Positions 31,317-41,165 are shown, numbered from the stretch's first letter. The stretch: DNA of 63,511 bases from Promethearchaeota archaeon (GCA_048940645.1 JBHLOI010000017.1:1-63511); one strand, 5' to 3'. The notes: a model not told the origin generated them from the sequence alone. Numbers and translations: made by a program.

Positions 31317-31862
31317 TTAAGTTATTGAAGAAGTTTCTTCCCGAGTTTTTGTAGGATGAAAGAAATCTAGAATAGCTGATTCTACTATCAAAAAACCTCC
31401 TATATATGGCAAGATTAATCCTACAGAAGGATCGTATATATCCCAGTCGAAATACTCATCAAATTCAAAAGACTGCACCGCCTCTTCATATGAGAGAGTA
31501 AACGCATCAATCCCAATAGTAAAAATGATTGTCGAGAAAAGAATTGCTATTCCACAAATCAAAATAACGGGTCTTGAATAACCATGCTTCTTACCAAATC
31601 CCCTTACACCATATAATATCGCAACTATCGCACTAATTAACAATAAAATAGGTATGATAATCGATAATATAAGACCGGTCCCTTTCATAAAACTTATATC
31701 AATAGGCGCAGGGGATTCAAATACCCTATATCCAAAAAAGAAAAATCTATCGAAGTTTTTCGTAAAAGCTACTGGAACAAATAATGCAATAATTGTTACA
31801 ATACTACCAACAATTGGTAGAATCCAAATAATTAGCTCTTTCTTTACTACTATACACGTCAA
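31317..31862 (-). CDS. Hypothetical membrane protein (about 4 TM)
   Basis: Four hydrophobic segments. Confidence 0.7.
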   Translation of the reverse strand: MTCIVVKKELIIWILPIVGSIVTIIALFVPVAFTKNFDRFFFFGYRVFESPAPIDISFMKGTGLILSIIIPILLLISAIVAILYGVRGFGKKHGYSRPVILICGIAILFSTIIFTIGIDAFTLSYEEAVQSFEFDEYFDWDIYDPSVGLILPYIGGFLIVESAILDFFHPTKTREETSSIT

Positions 31863-32053
31863 CTCTTTACTATATTGTATATCTTTGTATTTTTTAAACT
31901 CAAAATATAAAATTAAATCTTATTATTTATTTTTTTCTCCACTTTATTGAGCTTCATTTTTAAAAATGTACTTTTCAAATTGTTAAAAACAATTATTTTT
32001 CTCTTATATTGTTTATTAAAGATAGGAGAAAATAGGTAAATAACCATAAAATG

Positions 32054-32113
32054 AGAGAATAAGAATTACTTCAACAAAAACCCCTTATCTTATTTCGATA
32101 AACTTCAAAAGGC
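32054..32113 (-). repeat. Diverged copy of 33085-33142 (3' end and downstream flank of the longin gene)
   Basis: agagaataagaatta...aaacttcaaaag shared; minus strand encodes LLKFIEIR* here versus LLKFIEIK* in the longin gene. Confidence 0.75.
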
Positions 32114-32307
32114 TTACCATTTAATTTTTTTCTTTTTTTTAGCAAAGAAACTCCCTCAGTTTTCTTTCGCGAATTATTCATGTTATTTTTAAACGTTACT
32201 AAATTTTATTACTCATTTCATATCACCTAAAATATGTATGGAAATCAATAAAAACATATTTAAGTTTACAAGACATTTTTTGAATTGGACATTTTAATCT
32301 AGATTTA

Positions 32308-32892
32308 TTGAAAAATTATGAAGGGGGAGTTGCATTGGAAAAAAAAAAAATAGGTAATTGGTTGATAACTAGAGGGAGTATGATATTTATTATTGGTTCT
32401 CTGTTATGGATAATTTTTTTTTCCATTTTTACTATATTTTCATGGGAATTTTATATAGGTTTAGTTGTAATTCCAACAGCCATTGGGTTATTATGTATTA
32501 TAACTGGGTGTATACTAAATGAAAAAAAGAGAAAAATGGGGATATTGTCTGAAAAAAAATATCATATTATTGGTGAAGTACTTATTATTCTTGGGGTATA
32601 TATTTGTTTGGGATTGCTACTTGTGGATAGTCCTATTGGACTTCCGATATTAGGCACCAGTACTATAAATGTTGATACATTCGATAGTGTATTTTTGGTA
32701 TTTATGTTTGGTTCTGTATTTATGACATTTTTAAGTGGTTTCATGTTGTTGTTTAATGATTCGAAAACGTGGTTAATCATAGGACTTATTGCACTAGTGA
32801 TAGCTGTAGGGGTATTTCAAGGCTGGGGAGGTGAAATCATTTCAATTTATAACAAGGTAATGGGTGGTGGACCGCCTGGACCACCTATTTAA
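32308..32892 (+). CDS. Hypothetical membrane protein (about 5 TM)
   Basis: Hydrophobic ORF ending GGGPPGPPI. Confidence 0.7.
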   Translation: MKNYEGGVALEKKKIGNWLITRGSMIFIIGSLLWIIFFSIFTIFSWEFYIGLVVIPTAIGLLCIITGCILNEKKRKMGILSEKKYHIIGEVLIILGVYICLGLLLVDSPIGLPILGTSTINVDTFDSVFLVFMFGSVFMTFLSGFMLLFNDSKTWLIIGLIALVIAVGVFQGWGGEIISIYNKVMGGGPPGPPI

Positions 32893-32994
32893 CAAGGCAC
32901 GCAAATTACCTTCCTACAAAGTAAGAATGAAAGATTTATTATCCATCCTATCTGTTTAAATATTGGAGGCACCGCATTATAGTTATTCATAATC

Positions 32995-33039
32995 ATGATG
33001 GAATATTTATTTAAGATTCTCTTATTAGGAAATCCCTAA
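32995..33039 (+). pseudogene. Possible remnant of a small-GTPase N-terminus
   Basis: MMEYLFKILLLGNP* resembles the Rab-like YLFKILLLG strand before G1; stops before the P-loop. Confidence 0.4.
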
Positions 33040-33115
33040 AAAAGACCAGAACTTAGGTGAAAGGGAGAATATAATCATTAAATAAGAGAATAAGAATTAT
33101 TTTGACAAGACAATA

Positions 33116-33900
33116 CTATTTTATCTCAATAAACTTCAAAAGACCAAGATCATCCAAATCATCCATCATAACCTGTATCTCCGCCTCTGGTTTGCCACTC
33201 TGCTCGGCTATCTCTTCTATTGTGTGAAACCCGTCGGCTAAATGTGCTATCTTGTACATTTCCTTATCTAAAAAACCCTGCGTAATTACCTGCTTCGGCA
33301 ACCGCTTTGAGGTCCACCCTGGCTTCTGGTCTCTCGACTGACGTAAATCTTCCTCCGTAAGAACTAACCCCCTTTTCGCGATTTGCTTCCGAGACTTTAA
33401 AAAATCCTTCTCAAAAATCTTTAAAATCGGAATCTTTAACTCAACCTCCGCAATCTTTCCATTTTTCAACATGTCGTCAATCATAGGCTCAAAGCCCCTG
33501 AAAAGACGGACATCACCGCCCCAATTTTTGATTGTTTCTCCATATCCAGCAATAAATTTGTCAATAATATCACTTAACGCCTTATGCGTTATCTTAGCAT
33601 CATCATTCTTATCAGCCGCCGCCGTACATAACACACCCTCCTTAAAGACTAACAACAGGTAAAAAACCTGCATATTTTTACTTATGAATCGATGTTATCC
33701 ACAATCTATAATTTTGAGTTCCCCACTGCCTTTCGAGAACTCAACACTAAAGTCTTTAAGGGCTGTTAAAAATCCTGAAACTAAATCTTGATTGAACTCA
33801 ATAGTTCCATATTTTCTATGGATCAAACAGATTCAGGAAAAGGAGGAAAACTCCGTTTTTTTCCGGTGAATTGATCGATTAAATAGAAATTATGGAGCAT
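33116..33900 (-). CDS. Longin-domain protein with C-terminal HTH-like region, interrupted by two putative BHB introns (exons 33900-33861, 33831-33706, 33675-33116; 241 aa)
   Basis: Spliced translation MLHNFYLIDQFTGICLIHRKYGTIEFNQDLVSGFLTALKDFSVEFSKGSGELKIIDMQVFYLLLVFKEGVLCTAAADKNDD...FI..YGETIKNWGGDVRLFRGFE matches the Asgard longin/AP-sigma-like pattern. The ORF track shows only the last exon. Alternative: pseudogene. Confidence 0.75.
33676..33705 (-). other. Putative BHB-type mRNA intron 2 (30 nt, contains in-frame UAA)
   Basis: UUAU-AG|A-UUGUGGA-UAACAUCGA-UUCAUAA-GUAA-AA|A; central helix UUAU/GUAA, 7-bp inner stem; excision gives ATA GAT ATG (IDM). Confidence 0.7.
33832..33860 (-). other. 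Putative BHB-type mRNA intron 1 (29 nt)
   Basis: CCGG-AA|A-AAAA-C-GGAG-UUUUC-CUCC-UUUU-CCUG-AA|U; central helix 3/4 paired; excision gives ACC GGA ATC TGT (TGIC) and repairs a frameshift. Confidence 0.65.
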
Positions 33901-34066
33901 TTCTTACGGCACACCTCTTAGATTTATTGTATTATTAAACCAATACATTTTTTTTACCTTAATTTTATTCACAATTGAGATAATAATAGCTCTAATTTTA
34001 GTTTTAATAATAATAAAACTTCCAATATTTATAATTTCTTTTTCAGTAAAAATTATAGAAAGGGAT

Positions 34067-36595
34067 TTAGTATGGATTCTTTTTTTGATAAATTCTGAAC
34101 TGTTCAGTAGAATAGTTTAAATTATTTTCACCAGATTTAATAGCTTTGATACTTAAAAAGGCTTTCTTCCTAATTATTTGTTCTGATACTTGTCTGAAAG
34201 GCGCTTTCCTTGCTAATTCGACGTTCGTTATAAATTCATTACGAATCTTCCCATTATAACCTATAAAATCAGCAAAAGTTTTAGGATCAAGAATAAAAAC
34301 ATTAGAAATATGAGGTAAATCATATTTAACCTTTTGAGGTTTTTTAGCATTTATCGGTACAAGAATTAATGCTTTATTTTCTCCTTGATAACCTCTATAA
34401 CCATGTTCTAATACTTTTCCTTCTGCAGCGCTTAAATAGTAATCAATATTTACAATTTTGATTTTAGGATGATTCTGAACAAATTTTTCAGCAAGAGGTG
34501 ATAGTTTTCTGAAGTTTTCATCAATAATTATTGAGTTATCACTATTACCTTTTACCTCATAAAATGAATTACAACTTTTTTTTCTAGTATGCTCTAAAAA
34601 TATTTTTTCAGCATTCCAATGAAAATTAATACCAATTTCAGACATCTTATTAGCAAAATTAGGTTCATATCCTACTTCAACAAGTAATTCATTATATTGT
34701 AATCCCCTCTTACTAATAGCCTTGAAAAAATCATGATGTCCAAATTTTTTCAAAATCTTTGTACTAGGATTTTGTTCCTTTAATATGGCTTTTTTATTAA
34801 TTAAGTCTGTTAATACGACTTCTTTGAAATAATTAGCTGCAACTTCAATTATTTTATTGTAAGAAAGAGGCTTCATATTTTTATCATAAAAAATCTTCCA
34901 CTTTTTATGATCTTGGGGAAATTTTGGTTCAAAACCTGCTTCTCTGATTAGCTCATTGAAAGAAATTGTAGGCTGTTTACCATTAATAGCACTTATGAAA
35001 TCTTGATAATCATTATTGATTAAATCCATTTTTGCGGGAGGTTCCCCCTTTTCAATTACTCCTTTTTGCACTAAATCGGGATAAATGGTATTATTAAAGT
35101 AATCTACGGTTTTTTTCATTTTTTCTTTTAGAGATAAAACTTCGCCATCTTGACCATATTTTAAAAAAGCCCATTTTTCGTGATCAATATTAATTTCATA
35201 GCCAGCTTTAGCTAATAATTGGTTAAATCTGATTTTTGCCCCTTTATTTATAAGGGCATGCGTAAAATGTTGAAACCCATTTTTTTCAATTATGTTCCTT
35301 GTGATTTGTTCTCCTTCTTTAAATTTTCCTTTGCTTATTAAAGTAGGAATTATCTTTTCTTTGAAATGCTTAACTGCAAGAATTAATTTCTCTTTAGAGG
35401 GTACAGGGCCGTTATTTTTATCATAATTTAAAAATTTATATTCTCCTCTTGCTACATTGGGTCTAAAGCCTAACGTTCTCAATAATTCATTGTATTTTAT
35501 TTTAGGATTTTTCTGACTTAAGGGTCCAACAAATCCGGGATGACCATAACATCTAAGATCTTTATCTGTGGGGGGTTTTCCCTTATTTAATCTATCTTTT
35601 ACTTCTGGTACTTTTTCCAGATCTGGTAGAATTACCTTTATGAAGTGTTTTTCGGCAATTTCCATTTTTTCTTGTTTAGTTAACCGGTTTCCACTTTGGT
35701 CGTAATTGAGGAATCGGTATTTATCTTGGTTGATATTGATTTTATATCCTGCGAATTCTTTAAATTCATTCCATTTAATCTTAGTTCCATATTCCGTAAG
35801 AGTATGGTAGAACATACTAAATCCATGGGCATTAAGGTCCCGAGTGCCTATTCCTTTTCCTGCAGCTAACTTTTCTTGAATTTTGGGATCAGCTTTTAGT
35901 TTTGTTAGGATTTTATTGTTGTAATATTCAAGTGCAACATTTAATTTTTGCTCGCGAGGGAGGGGGTTTCCCTTTTGGTTAAAACTAATAGATATCCAAT
36001 CATTGGGTTTTGAGTGAGTATTTGGTTCTGAGGTGGGTTGCGTTGTTAATTTTTCGATTTCCTTTTTATCTATAGGTTTAGTTGGACTAATCTTATTTTT
36101 AGGGGTGTAATTTGGCTGGAGTTTTGGTGGTGTAATTTTATTTTTAGAAATATAGTGAGGCTCGAGAGTGGGTTGTTCAATTTTATTTATGGGCTTGTGG
36201 GCTGGTTTATTCTTTAGCGGTTCGATTTTATTTTTGGTTATATGATTAGACGGAAGTTTGGGCGGTCTGATTTTATTTTTGGGCATGTGGTGAGGTTCGA
36301 GGGGGTGCTGTTCGCTTTCTTGTATCGGTTTGTCGGTTAGTATATTTTGTGGCGGTACAATTTTATTTTTAGTTTTGTAATTAGGCGGCAGTTTTGGAGG
36401 TTTTATTTTATTTTTGGGCGCGGATCGAGGGTCGAGGTAGTGCTGCTCGATATATGTTGAGGTTTTGTGGTCTGGTTTGCTTTTTAGCTGGTCACTTTGA
36501 CCAGTGAGGATATCTACCTCTCTAAATTGAGGGTTGAGGATTTCTTCTTTCACATCTTTTTTGGGGTGTTGAGGTTTCGATTTGATTTGAGTCAT
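34067..36595 (-). CDS. Large repeat protein: three Pro/Lys-rich ~45-aa repeats, five ~85-90-aa helical repeats, possible C-terminal PD-(D/E)XK-like domain
   Basis: Repeats visible in the translation (KNKI.PPKLP.NY..KNKI.P; Y.FLNYD..G..L...EK...A..HF...I.P.L...G...F..A......YNELL...G..PN). Confidence 0.75.
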   Translation of the reverse strand: MTQIKSKPQHPKKDVKEEILNPQFREVDILTGQSDQLKSKPDHKTSTYIEQHYLDPRSAPKNKIKPPKLPPNYKTKNKIVPPQNILTDKPIQESEQHPLEPHHMPKNKIRPPKLPSNHITKNKIEPLKNKPAHKPINKIEQPTLEPHYISKNKITPPKLQPNYTPKNKISPTKPIDKKEIEKLTTQPTSEPNTHSKPNDWISISFNQKGNPLPREQKLNVALEYYNNKILTKLKADPKIQEKLAAGKGIGTRDLNAHGFSMFYHTLTEYGTKIKWNEFKEFAGYKININQDKYRFLNYDQSGNRLTKQEKMEIAEKHFIKVILPDLEKVPEVKDRLNKGKPPTDKDLRCYGHPGFVGPLSQKNPKIKYNELLRTLGFRPNVARGEYKFLNYDKNNGPVPSKEKLILAVKHFKEKIIPTLISKGKFKEGEQITRNIIEKNGFQHFTHALINKGAKIRFNQLLAKAGYEINIDHEKWAFLKYGQDGEVLSLKEKMKKTVDYFNNTIYPDLVQKGVIEKGEPPAKMDLINNDYQDFISAINGKQPTISFNELIREAGFEPKFPQDHKKWKIFYDKNMKPLSYNKIIEVAANYFKEVVLTDLINKKAILKEQNPSTKILKKFGHHDFFKAISKRGLQYNELLVEVGYEPNFANKMSEIGINFHWNAEKIFLEHTRKKSCNSFYEVKGNSDNSIIIDENFRKLSPLAEKFVQNHPKIKIVNIDYYLSAAEGKVLEHGYRGYQGENKALILVPINAKKPQKVKYDLPHISNVFILDPKTFADFIGYNGKIRNEFITNVELARKAPFRQVSEQIIRKKAFLSIKAIKSGENNLNYSTEQFRIYQKKNPY

Positions 36596-36735
36596 GAAAA
36601 TTGGTATTTATATGGTAGTTATTCTTAAAAGGGAGAAGATGCCAGAGGTTTATAAAGAAAAAATGAGTGTGGAAAATATTTAAAAATCATAAAGACCCTT
36701 TGAAATATCAAAGGCAAATATAGTAATAGTTATGG

Positions 36736-39267
36736 GTGGTAGTTATTTTTTTAATTTTAATAGGGACTGCTGGGATTTTGCACACAATTCTTGCTTTTTT
36801 TCTTCTTATAAAGAGAGATAAGTTTATTGGGAGAATAAGAGATTTTAAGCTTACTGATAAAATAATTGTTATATTTCTCTACACCTGGTCTCTATCATCT
36901 TTAATTATAAGTTTGTTAGATTATTTTGGCATATTTGGGGAATATTCTCTTCCTTTTCCAGGAGTAATCATTGTGTTCTTTTCTCCACTTATCTCACTAG
37001 TATGTTTTGGGCTCACGTTATTATTGTGGAAATTTCCACACTCAAAATCATTTCTATCAAGCTCAAGTCCAAAAATAGAAACTAAGAGATTTGGGGAGGG
37101 AAAATTTCTTGAACTTCTTGAAGTAGAGAATATAGAAGGGGATGGAACCGAACAAAACCCATTTATTATTACTGATTCAGCTATTTTTCCTCAAGATGCG
37201 GATGTAATATCAATCAAGAATGTAGCCACTTATATTATTTTTATAAACTGTATTTTCAAATCTGTTAAATTAAAAAAATGTATAAATCTCATTTTTAAAA
37301 ACTGTGAATTCTCGGGTTTTTTGAATCTGAAGAATTGTGATGTGATAACCATTCAGCAATGCGTTTTTAGGAATTTAGAGTTGTATTCCTCAACTAAAAT
37401 CATTATAAAAGATTCAAAAATATATTGGTTAAGAATTTATTTCTCATTTCTGAATGAAATTAAAGATTGCTTCGTAACTAAGGTTGTGAAAAGGCACAGT
37501 CCAGATAATATTCTTGATATAAAGGGAGGTATAGAGGATAAAGGTAAGAAGAGTAATGTATTTGTTAATTATTACCCCTTGATGATAATTCTTTTTCTAG
37601 CCTTATTCGTCTCGGGCAATGTTCTGTATTTTATGATCCTACTAGGTATTTCTGAATTTTTATACGTCTTCATTCCTATTGTAATAATAATAACGATTAT
37701 TCTATTTCTTGTGCTTTTAGTAAGAGATACTACAATCTTGAATAAAAAAATAAAGAAATACTATCCTCTTGAAAGCCTTATTCGTTTTCGTCAAGCTAAA
37801 TTAATTGTGGGATATTTTTTAATAATTATTAGTATAATAGCAATAGATTTTGTATTTACAGCCTCGATATTAAACCCTCTTGTATGGAACAGCCAATTAG
37901 GATATATAATTATACTCACATCATTTTTTTCAAGTTCACTAATAATTTCTGTGGGGATTACTCTTTTTTTAAAGAATATTAGCTCTCTAAGAGAAAAATT
38001 TATTGAAACTAACAACCCATTATATCCATATTTTATCATATACAACTTATTTGTGATATGCTTTTTAATATTTTTAGGAATTGGTACACATTTAGAGCTA
38101 TTGGAGGGTATGTTTTTTGTTATTACCCTCATATTGATTGGATTAGAGTTTATAGAATTAATGATTTCTGTTATTACTTATTATAAAATTAAGAAGATTG
38201 AACAAATTCCACCCGAAGAAAGAGATATTTCCTACAATGAATATAAAAATACCTTTAGTGCTGTGTTAATAGTATTAGCTACAATTTTTATTTACGTTTG
38301 TTATAATGTTATACCTAGTTCAATCCTTCTTGAAGGATTATTATCATATCCGGTAGAGGCACTATTAGTATTTCTAGTTATTATTTTTGGTCTTGCTTTA
38401 GGTGTCATTGGATTTTTAAAACTCTCATTTCTTTCAAAGTCTGCTTCCGCTTATTTATACCAAAAGGGAGAAAAATATGATAAGGCAATAAAAACCTATG
38501 AGTCTGAATTAGAGAGTGAGCCAAATAATTATAATGCTTGGTCTAATCTGGGAGTTGCTCATTTTAAAAAGGGAGAATATTTACAAGCACGGGAAGCTTT
38601 TAGAAAAGCCCTTGAAATTAACAGTGAATTAAAGGCTGCTATAGTAGGATTAAGTCTTGTTTATGCTGAATTGGGAGAGTTTGAATTAGCTCTAAATACG
38701 TGTAGAAAAGCATTTGACATTAAAGAAAAACCCACGATAGCAACAAAAATAAGTGAAATTATTGCTCAGGCTTTTGATCGACCTGGTGATGAATATCTTT
38801 GGGGCTCTTTAAGTTATATATATACAAAAAAGGGAGATTATCCACAAGCTATAGAAGCTATTGAAAAAGCCTTAGCAATTAAGCCTAGATCAAAACAAAT
38901 ATGGTCAAATCTTGCAGCTATTTATAATAAAGCTGGTGAATATGACAAGGCGATTGAAGCAAGTAAAAAAGCAATGACAATTGATAAGAAATATGAACAT
39001 GCTTGGGGGCAAATGGGATTTGCCTATCATAGGAAGGGGAATTCAGAACATGCTCTTGATTTACTGAGTAAGGCAAATGCCTTGAATCCTAAATCTCCTG
39101 AGATATGGTATATCTTGTCAAAATTTTATTTTGAATTAAACCAGTATGATGATGCTCTCAATGCTGTGAATACTTGCTTAAAATTTAAATCCCATTTTAA
39201 AGAAGCACTAGAACTTCGCGAAGAGATAGATAAATCAATGCCAAAAGACATGGTTAACAAGAATTAA
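36736..39267 (+). CDS. Multi-pass membrane protein with beta-helix-like domain and C-terminal TPR repeats
   Basis: GDGTEQNPFII followed by I.F.NC.F repeats; many TM helices; TPRs (AWSNLGVAHFKKGEY..A.EAF.KALEIN). Confidence 0.85.
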   Translation: MVVIFLILIGTAGILHTILAFFLLIKRDKFIGRIRDFKLTDKIIVIFLYTWSLSSLIISLLDYFGIFGEYSLPFPGVIIVFFSPLISLVCFGLTLLLWKFPHSKSFLSSSSPKIETKRFGEGKFLELLEVENIEGDGTEQNPFIITDSAIFPQDADVISIKNVATYIIFINCIFKSVKLKKCINLIFKNCEFSGFLNLKNCDVITIQQCVFRNLELYSSTKIIIKDSKIYWLRIYFSFLNEIKDCFVTKVVKRHSPDNILDIKGGIEDKGKKSNVFVNYYPLMIILFLALFVSGNVLYFMILLGISEFLYVFIPIVIIITIILFLVLLVRDTTILNKKIKKYYPLESLIRFRQAKLIVGYFLIIISIIAIDFVFTASILNPLVWNSQLGYIIILTSFFSSSLIISVGITLFLKNISSLREKFIETNNPLYPYFIIYNLFVICFLIFLGIGTHLELLEGMFFVITLILIGLEFIELMISVITYYKIKKIEQIPPEERDISYNEYKNTFSAVLIVLATIFIYVCYNVIPSSILLEGLLSYPVEALLVFLVIIFGLALGVIGFLKLSFLSKSASAYLYQKGEKYDKAIKTYESELESEPNNYNAWSNLGVAHFKKGEYLQAREAFRKALEINSELKAAIVGLSLVYAELGEFELALNTCRKAFDIKEKPTIATKISEIIAQAFDRPGDEYLWGSLSYIYTKKGDYPQAIEAIEKALAIKPRSKQIWSNLAAIYNKAGEYDKAIEASKKAMTIDKKYEHAWGQMGFAYHRKGNSEHALDLLSKANALNPKSPEIWYILSKFYFELNQYDDALNAVNTCLKFKSHFKEALELREEIDKSMPKDMVNKN

Positions 39268-39307
39268 TGCTTATTATCATTAGAGTTATTTTATGATGTA
39301 ATGGAAA

Positions 39308-39762
39308 ATGATAGTAGAAAAAAATGATTTAGAGCTCCTTCCCGATGAAGAGGTATTAATGGAGCTCAATCTTAGTCAAAAAATTGTCGCTAAAGAAAGG
39401 GAAAATATGAAATCTACATTATATTTAAAAATTTATATGAATTAAGTAATGAGATGACAAAAATGTTAGGTGGTTTAAAATAGAGGATTTAGAATTTTTA
39501 GATGAGCCTGAGATTTATGAGCCATTGGAAGAGTCACATTTAATTAACATAATTCCCTCAGAAGATAAAATTTTTTATAGTGCTATCTTTAGGATCAGAT
39601 ATATTGTAGATAAACAATCAGAGAAAAAATCAAATATTTTCAAAGATACGTGATTTCTTTTCATTTATTCCTGAGACAGTTTGTCCAAAATGTGGTAATG
39701 TGCAAGATAAAAAGATTCTTACATGTGAAAAATGTGGCAAAGCTTTGAAGTTTTGGAAGTAA
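39308..39762 (+). pseudogene. Fragmented gene ending in a double Zn ribbon
   Basis: Pieces in different frames: MIVEKNDLELLPDEEVLMEL..., and terminal VCPKCGNVQDKKILTCEKCGKALKFWK*. Confidence 0.55.
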
Positions 39763-39782
39763 TTCTGGTCTAGATCTTTATA

Positions 39783-40163
39783 TTAAACCTTTCCGTTCAA
39801 TTTTATCGCAAAAGTTTTGAGAAAAGATAATGCTTTAGGTGGATTTGCTTGAGGCATGGCATATGCTACAAGTATACCTCCTTGAAAAGGAGCGATTATT
39901 ACATGTCCCATCACATCATTGTTAGTTCCAATAATTCCTTCAGGAGCAGTTTCAACAACTGAAAATTCTAAATTGTTAAAGACAAAAGAGCGGGCTCCTT
40001 TAATGGCATTTAATATATTGTTCGTTTGATTGGTTAGATCCCAATTTTCTGTCTGGAAAAGTATAACCCCCGTATCAGACACAACTGCGACTGAAGCAAT
40101 TTTTATATTAGTCTCGAGGGCGGTAATTCCCAATTCATCAATGATCTTTTTTATTTCATCCAT
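39783..40163 (-). CDS. Asgard (Loki-type) profilin
   Basis: I..IIDEL...VAVVSDTGVILFQTENWDL...F.VVE...E..IGTN....GHVIIAPF.GG.LVAY..P.A.P...L..L..FA.KL follows the Loki profilin pattern (QTENW, IGTN, GH). Confidence 0.9.
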   Translation of the reverse strand: MDEIKKIIDELGITALETNIKIASVAVVSDTGVILFQTENWDLTNQTNNILNAIKGARSFVFNNLEFSVVETAPEGIIGTNNDVMGHVIIAPFQGGILVAYAMPQANPPKALSFLKTFAIKLNGKV

Positions 40164-40295
40164 ATTAAGTATTCATAGAGTTTATTGTTTTTGAACATTA
40201 TTTTTACTTTTACTCTTAAATCTAAATTTATACTGATATACGTAGAAACAATTACTTTTCTCTTAAAAAATGACCGCAGTTATAATTGAGAGAAT

Positions 40296-40475
40296 TTAAG
40301 AATACTTGTAATAACTTATATATTGTTTAATTGCGGGATTATATCGTAAACCTTGTTCATAACGGTAATAACACTTAGGGCAGGTAAAAGTAGTAGCTGT
40401 TCCCCCCTTTAAATCTTTGCGTACTTCATAATTCATTAAGGTTCCGCATCTATCACAATAGGAATGTTTTTCCAT
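40296..40475 (-). CDS. Small Zn-ribbon protein (59 aa)
   Basis: Below the ORF-track cutoff: MEKHSYCDRCGTLMNYEVRKDLKGGTATTFTCPKCYYRYEQG... Confidence 0.7.
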   Translation of the reverse strand: MEKHSYCDRCGTLMNYEVRKDLKGGTATTFTCPKCYYRYEQGLRYNPAIKQYISYYKYS

Positions 40476-40571
40476 ATATAATTTTTTATTTTTAAGAATT
40501 TAAACTCCTTTTAATTAGCTATTAAACAGAAATAAAGTAAAAAATCGTAATAAGTTATTAAAACTATTATA

Positions 40572-41165
40572 ATGATAGTAAATAATGTTAAATTATTAAG
40601 ATTTAAATCAAAAGTTTTAAAGGTGTTAAAAAAAATTACAGAAATACCTGAAGGTTTTACGAATGATGATTTAATGGAGGTACTCAAAGGTCAGACAGAA
40701 GTTGGCTCTAAATATAAAAGCCATTTCTTTGCGATGTTTGCCCAATTATTCTGTACAATAGCAGAGGTTATCATTTCTGAGTTTGCAGAAAAGGGGAGAG
40801 AAGCAATGGTAAATGCAGTGAAGAAGTACGGAGAAGAACGAGGTAGGAGAATTGCCGAGATTGTTAAATCACAAGACAAGGAGTTAAATTTAAAAAATTT
40901 CTTTATTTATGGCGATTTAGATGCCAAAAATACATTAAAATACACACCAAAAATAGTTGATGGGAATATAGAGATCGTGGGAAGGGATTGCGTATTCTGT
41001 AATGGATGTAGAGAGTGGGATAAAGTAGAGTATGGCAAGATTTACTGTGAATATATTGATATCTCCATATTGAAAGGTTATAACCCGAATCTTAGGATAG
41101 AAGTTCCTTCAACGCTGACCAAGGAAAATAGGAGATGCATATTAAGATATATAGTAAAGGAGTAA
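40572..41165 (+). CDS. L-2-amino-thiazoline-4-carboxylic acid hydrolase-like / V4R-like protein
   Basis: AVKKYGEERGRRIA, DCVF...W....YGKIYCEYID..I..GYNP, TL......C; start uncertain. Confidence 0.8.
   Translation: MIVNNVKLLRFKSKVLKVLKKITEIPEGFTNDDLMEVLKGQTEVGSKYKSHFFAMFAQLFCTIAEVIISEFAEKGREAMVNAVKKYGEERGRRIAEIVKSQDKELNLKNFFIYGDLDAKNTLKYTPKIVDGNIEIVGRDCVFCNGCREWDKVEYGKIYCEYIDISILKGYNPNLRIEVPSTLTKENRRCILRYIVKE

Noticed and set aside
33830-33835. In-frame TGA before ICLIH as selenocysteine
   Set aside because: It would not fix the upstream frameshift, and it is removed by the proposed intron excision
39308-39762. BHB introns explaining this fragmented gene
   Set aside because: No clean hairpin inserts found; looks like ordinary decay
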